In this document: positions 50,436 to 60,321 of the stretch, in pieces
Layout of the letters: each line of letters begins with the position of its first letter
How positions within the stretch are numbered: position 1 is the stretch's first letter
DNA from: a virus
Length of the DNA: 64,000 bases
Reading direction: 5' to 3' (one strand)
Virus record (IMG/VR): IMGVR_UViG_3300042881_004673
Coordinates: 1 to 64,000 of that record
Position numbers and translations under genes: made by a program
The notes under the pieces: generated by a model
What the model saw: only the letters and a program-made list of their open reading frames with translations
What the model was told of the DNA's origin: nothing
The model's database searches: none

Positions 50436-51089
50436 ATGACACCACACCATTTATCAGAAAAATTTTACACCTCGATTAATTTGGTGGTAAATAAGACACA
50501 GCCAAAAAAAATACTATTTTTAGCAAAAGTCTTTTGTGAAGAATGGTTATTACCTAATATGTTAACGTATTCAGATGATGTTCATATTGATTATATTCTA
50601 ATACAAGAAGATGAGGTTATTGGTCTTGAGTGTGAAATTAAAGATGGAATGAAATATAATTTTCCACATAACTATGTTTCATTTGATGAGTTTAAAAACT
50701 TTTTATTTTTGGATTCTTATGATTTTATTATAATGGATACGGTTCATTATAAGGACTATATGGATTACATTTTTAAAAACATAATTCCTTTGTGTGACGG
50801 TTATGTTTTATTACATGATACATTACCACAAAGTGAGGGATCTTTGACAATACCTCGTAGATCTGATACTAGTCCTTGGGTTGGTCAAACATATATTTCA
50901 TTTCATAATTTTTATTTGGGAAATAAGAATATATCATATAATTTTGATGATGGTTATGTTGGTTATGGTTTAATTGATTGTTCTAAAAATAATATTAATG
51001 TTGATTATGATGACACAATAATTTGGGGACTAGATCAAATTAAACTTAGTTCCATCCCTCACGAACAATTTAATAATGTTATAATGTAA
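50436..51089 (+). CDS. Possible class I SAM methyltransferase-like protein
   Basis: YDFIIMDxxH...GYVLLHDTLP pattern. Confidence 0.45.
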   Translation: MTPHHLSEKFYTSINLVVNKTQPKKILFLAKVFCEEWLLPNMLTYSDDVHIDYILIQEDEVIGLECEIKDGMKYNFPHNYVSFDEFKNFLFLDSYDFIIMDTVHYKDYMDYIFKNIIPLCDGYVLLHDTLPQSEGSLTIPRRSDTSPWVGQTYISFHNFYLGNKNISYNFDDGYVGYGLIDCSKNNINVDYDDTIIWGLDQIKLSSIPHEQFNNVIM

Positions 51090-51177
51090 AAAAAAATAAA
51101 TAATTAATAATAAAAGTGAGATTTTTTGCAACATCAACATATTTATTAATAAATTAAAACAAATAAATTAAAACATT

Positions 51178-51504
51178 ATGGGAAAAATAGTAAGATTAAC
51201 TGAATCAGATTTAGTTAGAATTGTAAAAAGAGTAATTAATGAAGGTCTGAGTACAGCACTTATGGCACCATTAACTGTTGGTGGTAAAACATATCAAGTG
51301 CAACTTTTTGGTAGAGATACGGTTGCTTTTGTTAGTAAAAATGATGTAAACACTGAGATTAAAGACAGAGATCTAATTGGAAAACTTAATACGGCGGCCG
51401 GATTTGCTTATGAAGCAATTCCAACATCAACCGGAACAGCGTCAGTTGGGTATATTAAAAATCACTGTTCTAAATACGGTAATCTTTGTAGTAAATTACC
51501 ATAA
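51178..51504 (+). CDS. Leader-bearing hypothetical protein
   Basis: MGKIVRLTESDLVRIVKRVINEG. Confidence 0.8.
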   Translation: MGKIVRLTESDLVRIVKRVINEGLSTALMAPLTVGGKTYQVQLFGRDTVAFVSKNDVNTEIKDRDLIGKLNTAAGFAYEAIPTSTGTASVGYIKNHCSKYGNLCSKLP

Positions 51505-51632
51505 TGGTAGTTGGGTTTACCAAAGATCTTTATAATTAAAATAATATTTAAAATCCCCACATTAAAATTAAGATTGTTGGGTTTTTTTAAAACATAAACA
51601 TATTTATTAAAAAATTAAAAAATTAAAACATT

Positions 51633-51929
51633 ATGGGAAAAATAGTAAGATTAACTGAATCAGATTTAGTTAGAATTGTAAAAAGAGTAATTAATGAAGG
51701 TACATCTTCTGGGCCATTCATAGTTAATGGTAAAAAGTATAATCTATTAGTTTATGGAAATGGAACAGTTGCGTACGATGATGGTATGGGTAGGGGAGTT
51801 ATGGACCCCGCTATGATTAAAAAATTAAACGCTCTGTCTGGAATGGATATGCCCAGTACCGGAGTCGTAGAAGTAAAGAAACTTATGTCATACCCCAAAC
51901 TTTATATGTGGTATAATCATCAACAATAG
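51633..51929 (+). CDS. Leader-bearing hypothetical protein, distant paralog of 51178
   Basis: Identical 23-codon leader; P.xVxGKxY..xxxG..TVA similarity. Confidence 0.8.
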   Translation: MGKIVRLTESDLVRIVKRVINEGTSSGPFIVNGKKYNLLVYGNGTVAYDDGMGRGVMDPAMIKKLNALSGMDMPSTGVVEVKKLMSYPKLYMWYNHQQ

Positions 51930-51968
51930 GTTCTTGGAGACACAGTATAAAGGTACATAAAAGTAACT

Positions 51969-52020
51969 AAACCCCATCTTTTAATTAAGTTTGGGGTTTT
52001 TTGTTTTCCATTATATTTAT
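51969..52020 (+). promoter_or_regulatory. Terminator plus TATTTAT cassette junction
   Basis: aaaccccatc..tttggggtttttt then tatttatcatat-ATG; similar junctions at about 46625-46661, 55749-55798 and 57095-57143. Confidence 0.75.
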
Positions 52021-52025
52021 CATAT

Positions 52026-52826
52026 ATGAAAATCATTCTTACAGAAGATCAGTATGAACAATTAACTGAAATGATTAAACTAGACATCAAGGTGGGTGAC
52101 ACCATAATGGGTGGCAAGTTTAAAAATAAGAAGGTTGTTGTAAAAACAATTGGAAAAAATGATAAGGGAGATATTACAATTAACGGTAAACCATTATTGA
52201 GATTCAGAATTATAAAAGAATCCAATAATGCTGGTCTTAGAAGACGTGAAAGAATTGAGGAACTGTTCCACGATTATTTATTATCTAATAATGTAACCCC
52301 TCAGGATTCGTTTGAGGGATACTTTCAATCATTGTGTTGGGACATTGCAATTAAGGTTGTAGATAGATCAAATGTTACCCTTAGAAACCAAATCATTCGA
52401 TTTATTAAAAATTATTTTTATGAAGAATTTAAAGGGTGGTGGGAAAGAAAACAAAAAAGAATGGGTATTAATGAAAATTCGTCAAGATCAGAAAAGATAA
52501 AAAAGTATTTAAAAAATAAATTGAATATTGATTTTACCGACAAGATCCAACAAATAACTTCCACATATGATGTTCCAACAAGTTTTGATGATGGTATTGC
52601 TCCATCAACTATCAGAACATATTTGAATCATTGGGGTCCGATGTATCTTGTTAAAATTGATGGTGAAAATTATTTATATCAAGATAGAGGTGATTTTGAA
52701 ATGTTTATTGATGAGGATGGATATTGGAATAAAGATGAAATCCCTGAAAAACTTGGTATCTCTGTATTGGGGTTAAGGTTCTCAGATATTCTTGACATGT
52801 ATTTTTATGAGGAGGACCAAATATGA
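52026..52826 (+). CDS. Leader-bearing three-module protein
   Basis: MKIILTEDQ..LTE / IKES / INEN linkers; last module homologous to 55799. Confidence 0.8.
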   Translation: MKIILTEDQYEQLTEMIKLDIKVGDTIMGGKFKNKKVVVKTIGKNDKGDITINGKPLLRFRIIKESNNAGLRRRERIEELFHDYLLSNNVTPQDSFEGYFQSLCWDIAIKVVDRSNVTLRNQIIRFIKNYFYEEFKGWWERKQKRMGINENSSRSEKIKKYLKNKLNIDFTDKIQQITSTYDVPTSFDDGIAPSTIRTYLNHWGPMYLVKIDGENYLYQDRGDFEMFIDEDGYWNKDEIPEKLGISVLGLRFSDILDMYFYEEDQI

Positions 52827-53665
52827 AAATAATTATAACGGAAAACCAACTTAAAACGGTAGTATTTAAAAACATTAATGAATCCGCACCCAAAGATATA
52901 GAAAAAAGATATAAAACATATTCAAAACTTTTAAATGAACTAACAGAAACATTTGATTGGGTATCTAAAATTGATGTTAAATTAAGTTCTACCGCCGAAG
53001 CAGGTGGATGGAGAAATGAAGAGAGTAAACCACTATTAAAAGTGTCAGTTTATTTTAAAAACTATCAAAAAATTCGAATGACGACACAGTTTGAGTTATT
53101 TGATGAAATAAGCTTTATTCACGATATGTTTTTTCCTCAACTAACCGGTGACCCTCTTATATATTCAGATAATGTTACAGCATATTTTTCAGTTAAATCA
53201 GTTTTTCCAAACGGTAAAACGGACTCCTTCCCAAGTCAAAACCAAATTGTTTCGGGGGATTATGACGCTGTAAGTCAAATTAGTGAATCAAATGAAAAAA
53301 ATAAAATTTTTCTTAAAGATAAGTTTGGAATTGACCTTGACGGAAAAATTAGAATGATTCAAAGTTATGAAGAACTTCCACTTGTGTTTGCCTCACATTT
53401 TTACCCAAAAGATTTTAACAGGATGTTAAATGATGGTGGTCCGTTTTATGTGATGAGCATTAATAAAGGTTATAAAATTGGTAATACATATGTAAACAAA
53501 CTTTATTTATATCGACCTCGAGTTGACGGATCTAGTTATTTAGTAGACCAAGATGGGTATAATAAAGCCGAATCCACTTTTTTGGAAAATCTTGGAGTTG
53601 ATGTAATGGGTTTAACAATTAAAGATTTGGTTAACATATATTTTAATGAGGAGGATCAAATATGA
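52823..53665 (+). CDS. Leader-bearing two-module protein
   Basis: MKIIITENQL..INES / ISES; last module related to 52026 and 55799. Confidence 0.8.
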   Translation: MKIIITENQLKTVVFKNINESAPKDIEKRYKTYSKLLNELTETFDWVSKIDVKLSSTAEAGGWRNEESKPLLKVSVYFKNYQKIRMTTQFELFDEISFIHDMFFPQLTGDPLIYSDNVTAYFSVKSVFPNGKTDSFPSQNQIVSGDYDAVSQISESNEKNKIFLKDKFGIDLDGKIRMIQSYEELPLVFASHFYPKDFNRMLNDGGPFYVMSINKGYKIGNTYVNKLYLYRPRVDGSSYLVDQDGYNKAESTFLENLGVDVMGLTIKDLVNIYFNEEDQI

Positions 53666-54102
53666 AAGTAGAAATAAGTAAAAAACAATATCAAAGGGTC
53701 ATTTATAATTTATTAGATACATTGTATGGGCCAAAACTTTCATATGAAAGAAAAAAAGATATGATTTACATATATTCAAATGATAATGATCCTTTTGAAA
53801 ATGAGTTGATTGGAGAAGGTGATGCGATATTTAGAGTTTATACGGGTAGTGGTAAAGGTAAAGGATGTAAAAAAGATTTGTATGTTACTTCTGAGACCGG
53901 AGAAGAAATTGAAGATTTTATACCAAAAGCCGCAACAAGAAAAAAATTATTTTCCAAAACTGTTATTTCTTATGTTAATGAAAAAACGGGACTTGATATT
54001 GATTGTATTGATTTTTGGTATCACACAGGTTTAGAGGATTATTCGTCTAGCTACGATAAATATAATTTTAATGTGAAAAAGAATAAAAAGATTAGAACAT
54101 AA
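53662..54102 (+). CDS. Hypothetical protein, paralog of 46662
   Basis: MKVEISKKQYQ; shared blocks. Confidence 0.8.
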   Translation: MKVEISKKQYQRVIYNLLDTLYGPKLSYERKKDMIYIYSNDNDPFENELIGEGDAIFRVYTGSGKGKGCKKDLYVTSETGEEIEDFIPKAATRKKLFSKTVISYVNEKTGLDIDCIDFWYHTGLEDYSSSYDKYNFNVKKNKKIRT

Positions 54103-54152
54103 ACAGTGCGGGTTTTTGTTTTATATACTATTTATTAACAAACGATAATATC

Positions 54153-54596
54153 ATGAATAGAAGTTATAGTAAAATTAGACACATACAAGAGGCAAACTTT
54201 CGTTTGGAAAGGAGATTGATCTCTGAACAAGCCGTTCCTCAGCAAGTTACTGACTTGTTTAATGAATTAAAAAAAGTTCCTCTTTATCAAGAATCTAATG
54301 CTTTAAGAGCGGACGGAAATAGAGTATACTATATAGGAAACATTGGTGGAACAAGCAAAACCGGAATGTTTGGTAAGGATAAATCTGAAATTGGAACCCT
54401 TACAAACGCCACCGATCCTAACGCTAGATTTTTTGAGTGGACAGGAACAGGATGGAAACGAGGTGAACAACAAAACAAGTATTATGATGTGGCGGCCGTT
54501 GATCAGAATACGGCACTTAAAGATTATGCAAATCTATCTCTACCACAACAATCAAATCAACAAAGTCCTACCAATAATGTGGCAATCACCAATTAA
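54153..54596 (+). CDS. Leader-bearing hypothetical protein
   Basis: MNRSYSKIRHIQEANFRLERRLISEQ; TATTTAT at 54129. Confidence 0.72.
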   Translation: MNRSYSKIRHIQEANFRLERRLISEQAVPQQVTDLFNELKKVPLYQESNALRADGNRVYYIGNIGGTSKTGMFGKDKSEIGTLTNATDPNARFFEWTGTGWKRGEQQNKYYDVAAVDQNTALKDYANLSLPQQSNQQSPTNNVAITN

Positions 54597-54614
54597 TTAA
54601 ACTAGCCATAGAAT

Positions 54615-55094
54615 ATGGGTAATTATGTAAATTTACCGGACAAATCTCTTAGGGTTATAATAATGACTCTAAATAAAGAATTTGACGAAAACAATATTGA
54701 TATTGAGGGAAATGATATTTTCGAAGAAGATACTGTTAATCTTATTGATGCTACATTGGAATATTTTGGTATTGGAGGTCAAGATATTGAATTATACTCA
54801 TATTTCATTTCTTTATGTCTTTTAAATCCTGGTTATTTGGATAAGACTGTTCCAATACAAAGACCTAAATTAAACAAATATGAAGTTATTCATAGTGAGT
54901 CATCTAGGGTTTATAAAACTACCACATATAGAACCGTAATACCATCATATATTGAGTTGGATGAAAATATGATTGGTGATTTAAGGTCAATAGAGTTATA
55001 TGATTATTGGGATGGTGAAGAGATTAGTGATTATGTGGACGATTCAGAAACAACTGATGACTCAGTGGAGGAAATAAATAGAATTCAAGAGTAG
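54615..55094 (+). CDS. Acidic hypothetical protein, paralog of 58161
   Basis: PDKxxR, PIxRPxLxKYExxH, SYI and GEEI shared. Confidence 0.72.
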   Translation: MGNYVNLPDKSLRVIIMTLNKEFDENNIDIEGNDIFEEDTVNLIDATLEYFGIGGQDIELYSYFISLCLLNPGYLDKTVPIQRPKLNKYEVIHSESSRVYKTTTYRTVIPSYIELDENMIGDLRSIELYDYWDGEEISDYVDDSETTDDSVEEINRIQE

Positions 55095-55148
55095 AAAATT
55101 TAAATAAAAACAATTTATCAAACTAATTATAACAAAACAATTTATATT

Positions 55149-55730
55149 ATGAAAAAATTATTATTAAAAATCACATCTTTATTAGGGTTGAAAAAAAATA
55201 AAACTTCTGTAGATCGAGCAGTAAAAATATACAAAGGTAAATTTGCGTTTTGTGGAGCTTCAGGAGCAGAAGCAACTGGAAATATTGTTACAGTCCAAGG
55301 TAGAAAATTTAAAGAGGGTCGTTCAGTATGTCCAGTAATGAATGGTCCGTCAATTGCAAACCTTAAATTGGTCCCAAACCCATCTGTTACTCCTGATGGA
55401 ACTGAAGATACAGTATGGTCTTTCTTTTGGTATTATGATGAGGTTCCTCAAGCACCAACTTGGGAAACTTTACCTACAGTAAATCGTTCATTTGTAATTG
55501 GAGATACTCCAAACACTCAAATGAGTAATATGTTCTGTATGCCATGTAAGATTTTTAAAACTATTAATGGTGTTGAATTGGCAGAATGTGTTGGGCCATT
55601 AAATGAGATGGCAGTTCCTTTAAGAAGAGCCATTAGAGTTCATTCTGGTCAAACATCGATTACACAAGCACCTGAAGGATCGTCGTATCCGGTTGGAACT
55701 GTGATTCCAACAACTACTGATTCTGAATAA
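55149..55730 (+). CDS. Cys-containing hypothetical protein without leader
   Basis: FAFCGASGA, VCPV, MFCMPC. Confidence 0.65.
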   Translation: MKKLLLKITSLLGLKKNKTSVDRAVKIYKGKFAFCGASGAEATGNIVTVQGRKFKEGRSVCPVMNGPSIANLKLVPNPSVTPDGTEDTVWSFFWYYDEVPQAPTWETLPTVNRSFVIGDTPNTQMSNMFCMPCKIFKTINGVELAECVGPLNEMAVPLRRAIRVHSGQTSITQAPEGSSYPVGTVIPTTTDSE

Positions 55731-55798
55731 TCTAACTAAATTTAAATCAAACCCCGCCTAATCAGTGGGGTTTTTTATTTCCTACATATTTATCATAT

Positions 55799-56233
55799 AT
55801 GAAAATCATTATAACGGAATCTCAATCGGGCGTAATTAAAAGATACGAAAGAATGGTTAGGAATATAAAAAAAAGTATTTCTGAAAATGTGTCAAGATCG
55901 GAAAAAATAAAAAAATTTTTAAAAGATAAACTGAATATTGATTTTACAAATGGAATCAAACAAATAACATCTCAAGAGGATATCCCACGAGTTTTTATTG
56001 ATGACGCTTTAAGTTGGGGGGAGTTAAAAAAGTCTTTAAATTTTTGGGGACCTATGTATCTATTTGAACTTGAAAGTCATAAAATTTTATATCAAGATAG
56101 AGGTGATTTTGAATGGTTTATGGATGAAAATGGTCATGAATATGTTGATGATGAAATTACTGAACATCTTGGGATTGGAATTATGGGGTTAAGATTCTCA
56201 GATATTGTTGACACATATTTTGAGGAAAAATAG
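55799..56233 (+). CDS. Leader-bearing single-module protein
   Basis: MKIIITESQ..ISEN; WGPMYL...YQDRGDFE. Confidence 0.8.
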   Translation: MKIIITESQSGVIKRYERMVRNIKKSISENVSRSEKIKKFLKDKLNIDFTNGIKQITSQEDIPRVFIDDALSWGELKKSLNFWGPMYLFELESHKILYQDRGDFEWFMDENGHEYVDDEITEHLGIGIMGLRFSDIVDTYFEEK

Positions 56234-56308
56234 TTTTTATAACCCTACATTAAAAAACTAATTAAAAATTTTTGTTTTATTTAATATTTATATATAAAGA
56301 ATAACATT

Positions 56309-56698
56309 ATGAGGAGAATTATAATTGACCAACAAGAAAAAAATAGAATTCTAAACATGTATGTTTTTAAAACAAAAAAAAATAAACTAAGAGAGGGTAT
56401 TGAATCACAAGAAACATTTGATATTGAAATAACAGGCCCTGATAAAGAAACAGGAAACTTAAGTTTAAAAAATATTAAAGTTGATCCAACAGACAAGTGT
56501 AAGGTAATATTTGATTATAATATATCGGGAGAAGGTATTAAACAATATTTTGAGATGGGCCAATTAATGGGAAATGAGGGGGAATATTCGTGTTCCAAAA
56601 ATCAATTTTTATTAGAATCCAAACTTGGTAAAAGAGTTTATGTAACAAACGAAACAAACGAAACAATTAAAAATCATTGTTTAAGTTGTAAAGTTTAA
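56309..56698 (+). CDS. Leader-bearing hypothetical protein
   Basis: MRRIIIDQQEKNRILNMY...LRE; TATTTAT at 56285. Confidence 0.7.
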   Translation: MRRIIIDQQEKNRILNMYVFKTKKNKLREGIESQETFDIEITGPDKETGNLSLKNIKVDPTDKCKVIFDYNISGEGIKQYFEMGQLMGNEGEYSCSKNQFLLESKLGKRVYVTNETNETIKNHCLSCKV

Positions 56699-56741
56699 TT
56701 TTTTTAAAAACTAAAGTATTTATATTATAAAAAATAATATT

Positions 56742-57068
56742 ATGAGAAGAGATATAAGACTAACAGAAAGAGATTTAACAAGACTCGTTAAAAGAATTGT
56801 TAGAGAAGAAGATGAATTTGATATAGAACAAACAGTTATGGACGCAGGAGAATTTGAAGTTGAAGATATCCCTGAAGAATGTAAAGGGAATGACCCTGGA
56901 ATGTCAAAAATTGATATGTTAACTGGATGTATTGGTAGTATAACAAAAAAATCAACGTCTTTAACGTCGGCATTAACGGCTCTAACCGCCCTATTGACTA
57001 CGGCTGAGACTGAATCTGCCGCTAGCACTGTTGCAGAGTCAAGAAGAAGAAGATATAGAAATTATTAA
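56742..57068 (+). CDS. Leader-bearing hypothetical protein
   Basis: MRRDIRLTERDLTRLVKRIVREE; C-terminal VAE-SRRRRY. Confidence 0.8.
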   Translation: MRRDIRLTERDLTRLVKRIVREEDEFDIEQTVMDAGEFEVEDIPEECKGNDPGMSKIDMLTGCIGSITKKSTSLTSALTALTALLTTAETESAASTVAESRRRRYRNY

Positions 57069-57143
57069 ATAACTAATATAATTTTTATTTAATCACCCAC
57101 CCCAATAAGGTGGGTTTTTTATTTTACAAGGTATTTATCTCAT

Positions 57144-57728
57144 ATGAAGATTATAATTTCTGAATCCCAATATTCAAATATTTTTGAATCTAATAACGAG
57201 AAGCAATCAAACCTCATCTATAAAATGTGGAATGATGGTATGGATATTTATGAGATATCAGAATTAATAGGTCTGAAAGAATCTCAAGTTATTTATTATC
57301 TTAAAGATAAAGAAATTAGAATTAGTTGTGATTTATCATATATAATTATCCAAATACTTTATAGAACAAGTTTAATTAATAAAAACTTTAACTTTAATAA
57401 CGGAGAAATGATTCTAAACTTAAATTGGGATAGTTTTGGTGGGTCTGTTAATTTTGAATATGAAGATAAAAAATATAAATTGTCAGGGATGGCAACACCT
57501 TATTGGGATGGAAACTGCTCAACACCGGTTGATGGTTCTTATTTTGAAGATATAGAGTCAGGAGATTACTATGATGAATATGATAATTCAGGTATTAGAA
57601 CAGATTACACACCATCTAAATTTAAATCGATTCAAGAACTCATTGATTTTTTAAATAACGAATACCCTAAATTGTTAATTTCACCAATAAAGGAATTGAT
57701 TCATTATTTTAAAAATAAATATATGTAA
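57144..57728 (+). CDS. Leader-bearing hypothetical protein (possible HTH near N-terminus)
   Basis: MKIIISESQY..IFES; GMDIYEISELIGL. Confidence 0.72.
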   Translation: MKIIISESQYSNIFESNNEKQSNLIYKMWNDGMDIYEISELIGLKESQVIYYLKDKEIRISCDLSYIIIQILYRTSLINKNFNFNNGEMILNLNWDSFGGSVNFEYEDKKYKLSGMATPYWDGNCSTPVDGSYFEDIESGDYYDEYDNSGIRTDYTPSKFKSIQELIDFLNNEYPKLLISPIKELIHYFKNKYM

Positions 57729-57733
57729 ATTAT

Positions 57734-58147
57734 ATGATATCTGAAAAACACATAGAAAGAATTAATAAGGTGATCAAAGACATGGTCTTTGATTATGATG
57801 GTAAAATATTTACTCCTGACTTAAATATTGATTTTCAGTATCAATTTATAATCACTGGCCAAAGAAGAATGATTTCTGTTGGAGAATATTACGATCATTT
57901 GGATGTGTTAGTTGAGATTATTGATGGTAACGAAAGAACCACTAAGTTTTTTGTTGTTTTTAAAACTTTGAATGATAATTTAAACAAAGATTATATGTTA
58001 ACCAATTATTTGGGAAATTCAATTAGTGATGAGTTATCTTATTTCTTTGGTGAAGATTATGTTAGAGTTAGACTTGTAAAAATACAATTTAGTGAAGAAT
58101 ATAACCAAAAAATAAATGATACGAGTTTAAAAATCCTAAAAAAATAA
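57734..58147 (+). CDS. Hypothetical protein
   Basis: ORF track. Confidence 0.6.
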   Translation: MISEKHIERINKVIKDMVFDYDGKIFTPDLNIDFQYQFIITGQRRMISVGEYYDHLDVLVEIIDGNERTTKFFVVFKTLNDNLNKDYMLTNYLGNSISDELSYFFGEDYVRVRLVKIQFSEEYNQKINDTSLKILKK

Positions 58148-58160
58148 CTATATATTATAT

Positions 58161-58640
58161 ATGTCAAGAAAAATAGAACAATATCCTGATAAGGCGATTA
58201 GACCAATTTTACTTTCAATTGTTGAATCTTTAGAAAACGATGGAGTGTTTATTGCAGATATGAGAGAAGACTATGAAAATGAATTCCAACAGTCATACCC
58301 AATTATTGAATCAGAGTTGGAAAGTTATGGTTTAGAAAACGAATTTGAAGATGTCACTTACATTATGTATTTATTTATTAATAACCCAAATTTTACGACA
58401 GAACCAATTAATAGACCTGAATTAAAAAAATATGAAATTTTACATATTGTGGATAGAACAATTAATGTCCATGATACTTATTTAACTAATTTTGATAGTT
58501 ATATTCCACTAACAAAAGATATTTTACGAGACATGCAATCCGATAGTTTATATGAACCATATGAAGGTGAAGAAATTGATTCGGAACATATGGATTCAGA
58601 TTGGAATGATGATTGGATTGATGAAATTAATGAGGTTTAA
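58161..58640 (+). CDS. Acidic hypothetical protein, paralog of 54615
   Basis: Shared motifs. Confidence 0.72.
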   Translation: MSRKIEQYPDKAIRPILLSIVESLENDGVFIADMREDYENEFQQSYPIIESELESYGLENEFEDVTYIMYLFINNPNFTTEPINRPELKKYEILHIVDRTINVHDTYLTNFDSYIPLTKDILRDMQSDSLYEPYEGEEIDSEHMDSDWNDDWIDEINEV

Positions 58641-58671
58641 TTTTTAATTTTTTGTTTTATATTTGTTATTA

Positions 58672-58989
58672 ATGAAAAGAGCAAGTGTGAAATTATTTGA
58701 TTTGGTTTATGGTGAATTAATTCCCGTAGAATCAAAAATCTTTGGTAAAATGGTTTTTATATTTTATACCATAGATGATCAATTAAGACCACAGATTGTT
58801 TATTATCCATCAACTAAAGAAATAAAAACTTTAAGATCTCTTGAAATTGAGTTCTCAGAATTCATTCCACTTCAAAGAGACGAATTCATTCTACAATTTT
58901 CTAATTGGATTAGAGAGAGGTATTACGATGAAATGTTATTTAAAGGAATTGATTACATTGACTTTTTAGAAGAACTACTGGTTTTTTAA
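58672..58989 (+). CDS. Hypothetical protein
   Basis: TATATTTG at 58658-58665 before ATG 58672. Confidence 0.55.
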   Translation: MKRASVKLFDLVYGELIPVESKIFGKMVFIFYTIDDQLRPQIVYYPSTKEIKTLRSLEIEFSEFIPLQRDEFILQFSNWIRERYYDEMLFKGIDYIDFLEELLVF

Positions 58990-59034
58990 TTAAACTTTTA
59001 TTTCCTTATTGTATTTATTAACTATATATGTATT

Positions 59035-59214
59035 ATGAATAATGAACAAAAGGCCGAAAAGTATAATCAACTAATGTATGAATATACAAAAACACAAAAC
59101 AAAATTTCCTCAATCAAGGGTGAATCACTTAATTTAAACGAAAACCAACTAAAAGAAATAAAACTTCTTGAGGGTAAATTGGAGTTAATTATGAGAACCG
59201 CATCTTTTTTATAA
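59035..59214 (+). CDS. 59-aa coiled-coil protein missing from the ORF track; paralog of 680..856
   Basis: MNNEQKAEKYNQLMYEYTKTQNKISSIKGESLNLNENQLKEIKLLEGKLELIMRTASFL. Confidence 0.65.
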   Translation: MNNEQKAEKYNQLMYEYTKTQNKISSIKGESLNLNENQLKEIKLLEGKLELIMRTASFL

Positions 59215-59259
59215 AGATTTTAATTATTTTAAGTATTTATACATATAAAATAATGTATC

Positions 59260-59736
59260 ATGGGTCAATTTATAGTTTCTGAAAGTGAAAAAAAACAAAT
59301 AAGACTTCTTTATGAGGTAAACAAACCATTACCACAAGCATCAAATTTTGTTAAGACTTTGGCAAGATATTTAAACATAGAACCAAGCGCTATAATTGGT
59401 CTTGATTGGTCTTTATATAAAAATGATAATGACATAAAAACACAATTAGTTAATCTTTTTGAAACATCAAAAAAAACCGTAACTAACAAAATTAACAATG
59501 TTAAACTTAATACTTCACTATTTAATGTCTTAAAGCAAAAATTAATTTCATATGTTCCAAATGATGCAACAAAAGAACAAAAAGATTATTTTGATGAAAT
59601 AAAAAAAGGACTCACAACAGATCAAACAACCACAACAGTTAAACAAAATCAACCAACTTCAAATGTGTATAGCTTTGATAGCTTCCAACCAACTCAAACA
59701 AAACCCACTTTATCGAGATTTCAATCACTTATTTAA
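59260..59736 (+). CDS. Leader-bearing hypothetical protein
   Basis: MGQFIVSESEKKQIRLLYE; TATTTAT at 59234. Confidence 0.7.
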   Translation: MGQFIVSESEKKQIRLLYEVNKPLPQASNFVKTLARYLNIEPSAIIGLDWSLYKNDNDIKTQLVNLFETSKKTVTNKINNVKLNTSLFNVLKQKLISYVPNDATKEQKDYFDEIKKGLTTDQTTTTVKQNQPTSNVYSFDSFQPTQTKPTLSRFQSLI

Positions 59737-59810
59737 ACATAATACATAAATTTAATTATAGTTATATTAAAATATTTAGTTTATGGTATATTTATATATA
59801 AAAATATTAT

Positions 59811-60146
59811 ATGATAAATGAGTCAGATATAAAAAGAATAGTTAAAAAAGTAAAATCCGATAATATAAATGAAGGATTATTTGACACGTTTTTTGGTCGT
59901 GGATATTCTGGATACGCAAATGACCTATCAGAAATTATGGAAGATCTTATTTCTAACGTATATTATGATAAAAATTTAATTGCGTCAGTTAAAAACCTTT
60001 ATTACGATATTAAAGATTCAAATCTTGACAGAAGACAAAAACAAGAATTAACCGATATTATAGGTGGATTATATCAAACTTTAGAAAGTTCAAAAAATAA
60101 TTTAGAAAGATATCTTAAAAGAATAGAAAGATTAAATAGAATATAA
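59811..60146 (+). CDS. Leader-bearing helical protein
   Basis: MINESDIKRIVKKV...INEG. Confidence 0.72.
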   Translation: MINESDIKRIVKKVKSDNINEGLFDTFFGRGYSGYANDLSEIMEDLISNVYYDKNLIASVKNLYYDIKDSNLDRRQKQELTDIIGGLYQTLESSKNNLERYLKRIERLNRI

Positions 60147-60153
60147 AAAAATT

Positions 60154-60321
60154 ATGGGATTTAAAATATATATTACGGAAAAACAATTAGACGTGGTTCT
60201 TAAAGATTTAATGTTAGTTGAGCAATATCCTCTATTACCAAATCAAGATACCCCACAATTAACCCACATTAAAAAAAAGAAAATAATGCCAGTCCCTAAT
60301 CCGAAGAAATATTCAAAATAA
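60154..60321 (+). CDS. 55-aa leader plus basic peptide, missing from the ORF track
   Basis: MGFKIYITEKQLDVVLKDLMLVEQYPLLP...KKYSK. Confidence 0.6.
   Translation: MGFKIYITEKQLDVVLKDLMLVEQYPLLPNQDTPQLTHIKKKKIMPVPNPKKYSK

Noticed and set aside
44825-57068. Diversity-generating retroelement or integron behind the repeats
   Set aside because: No reverse transcriptase or integrase in the window; repeats are at 5' ends and show no adenine-specific variation
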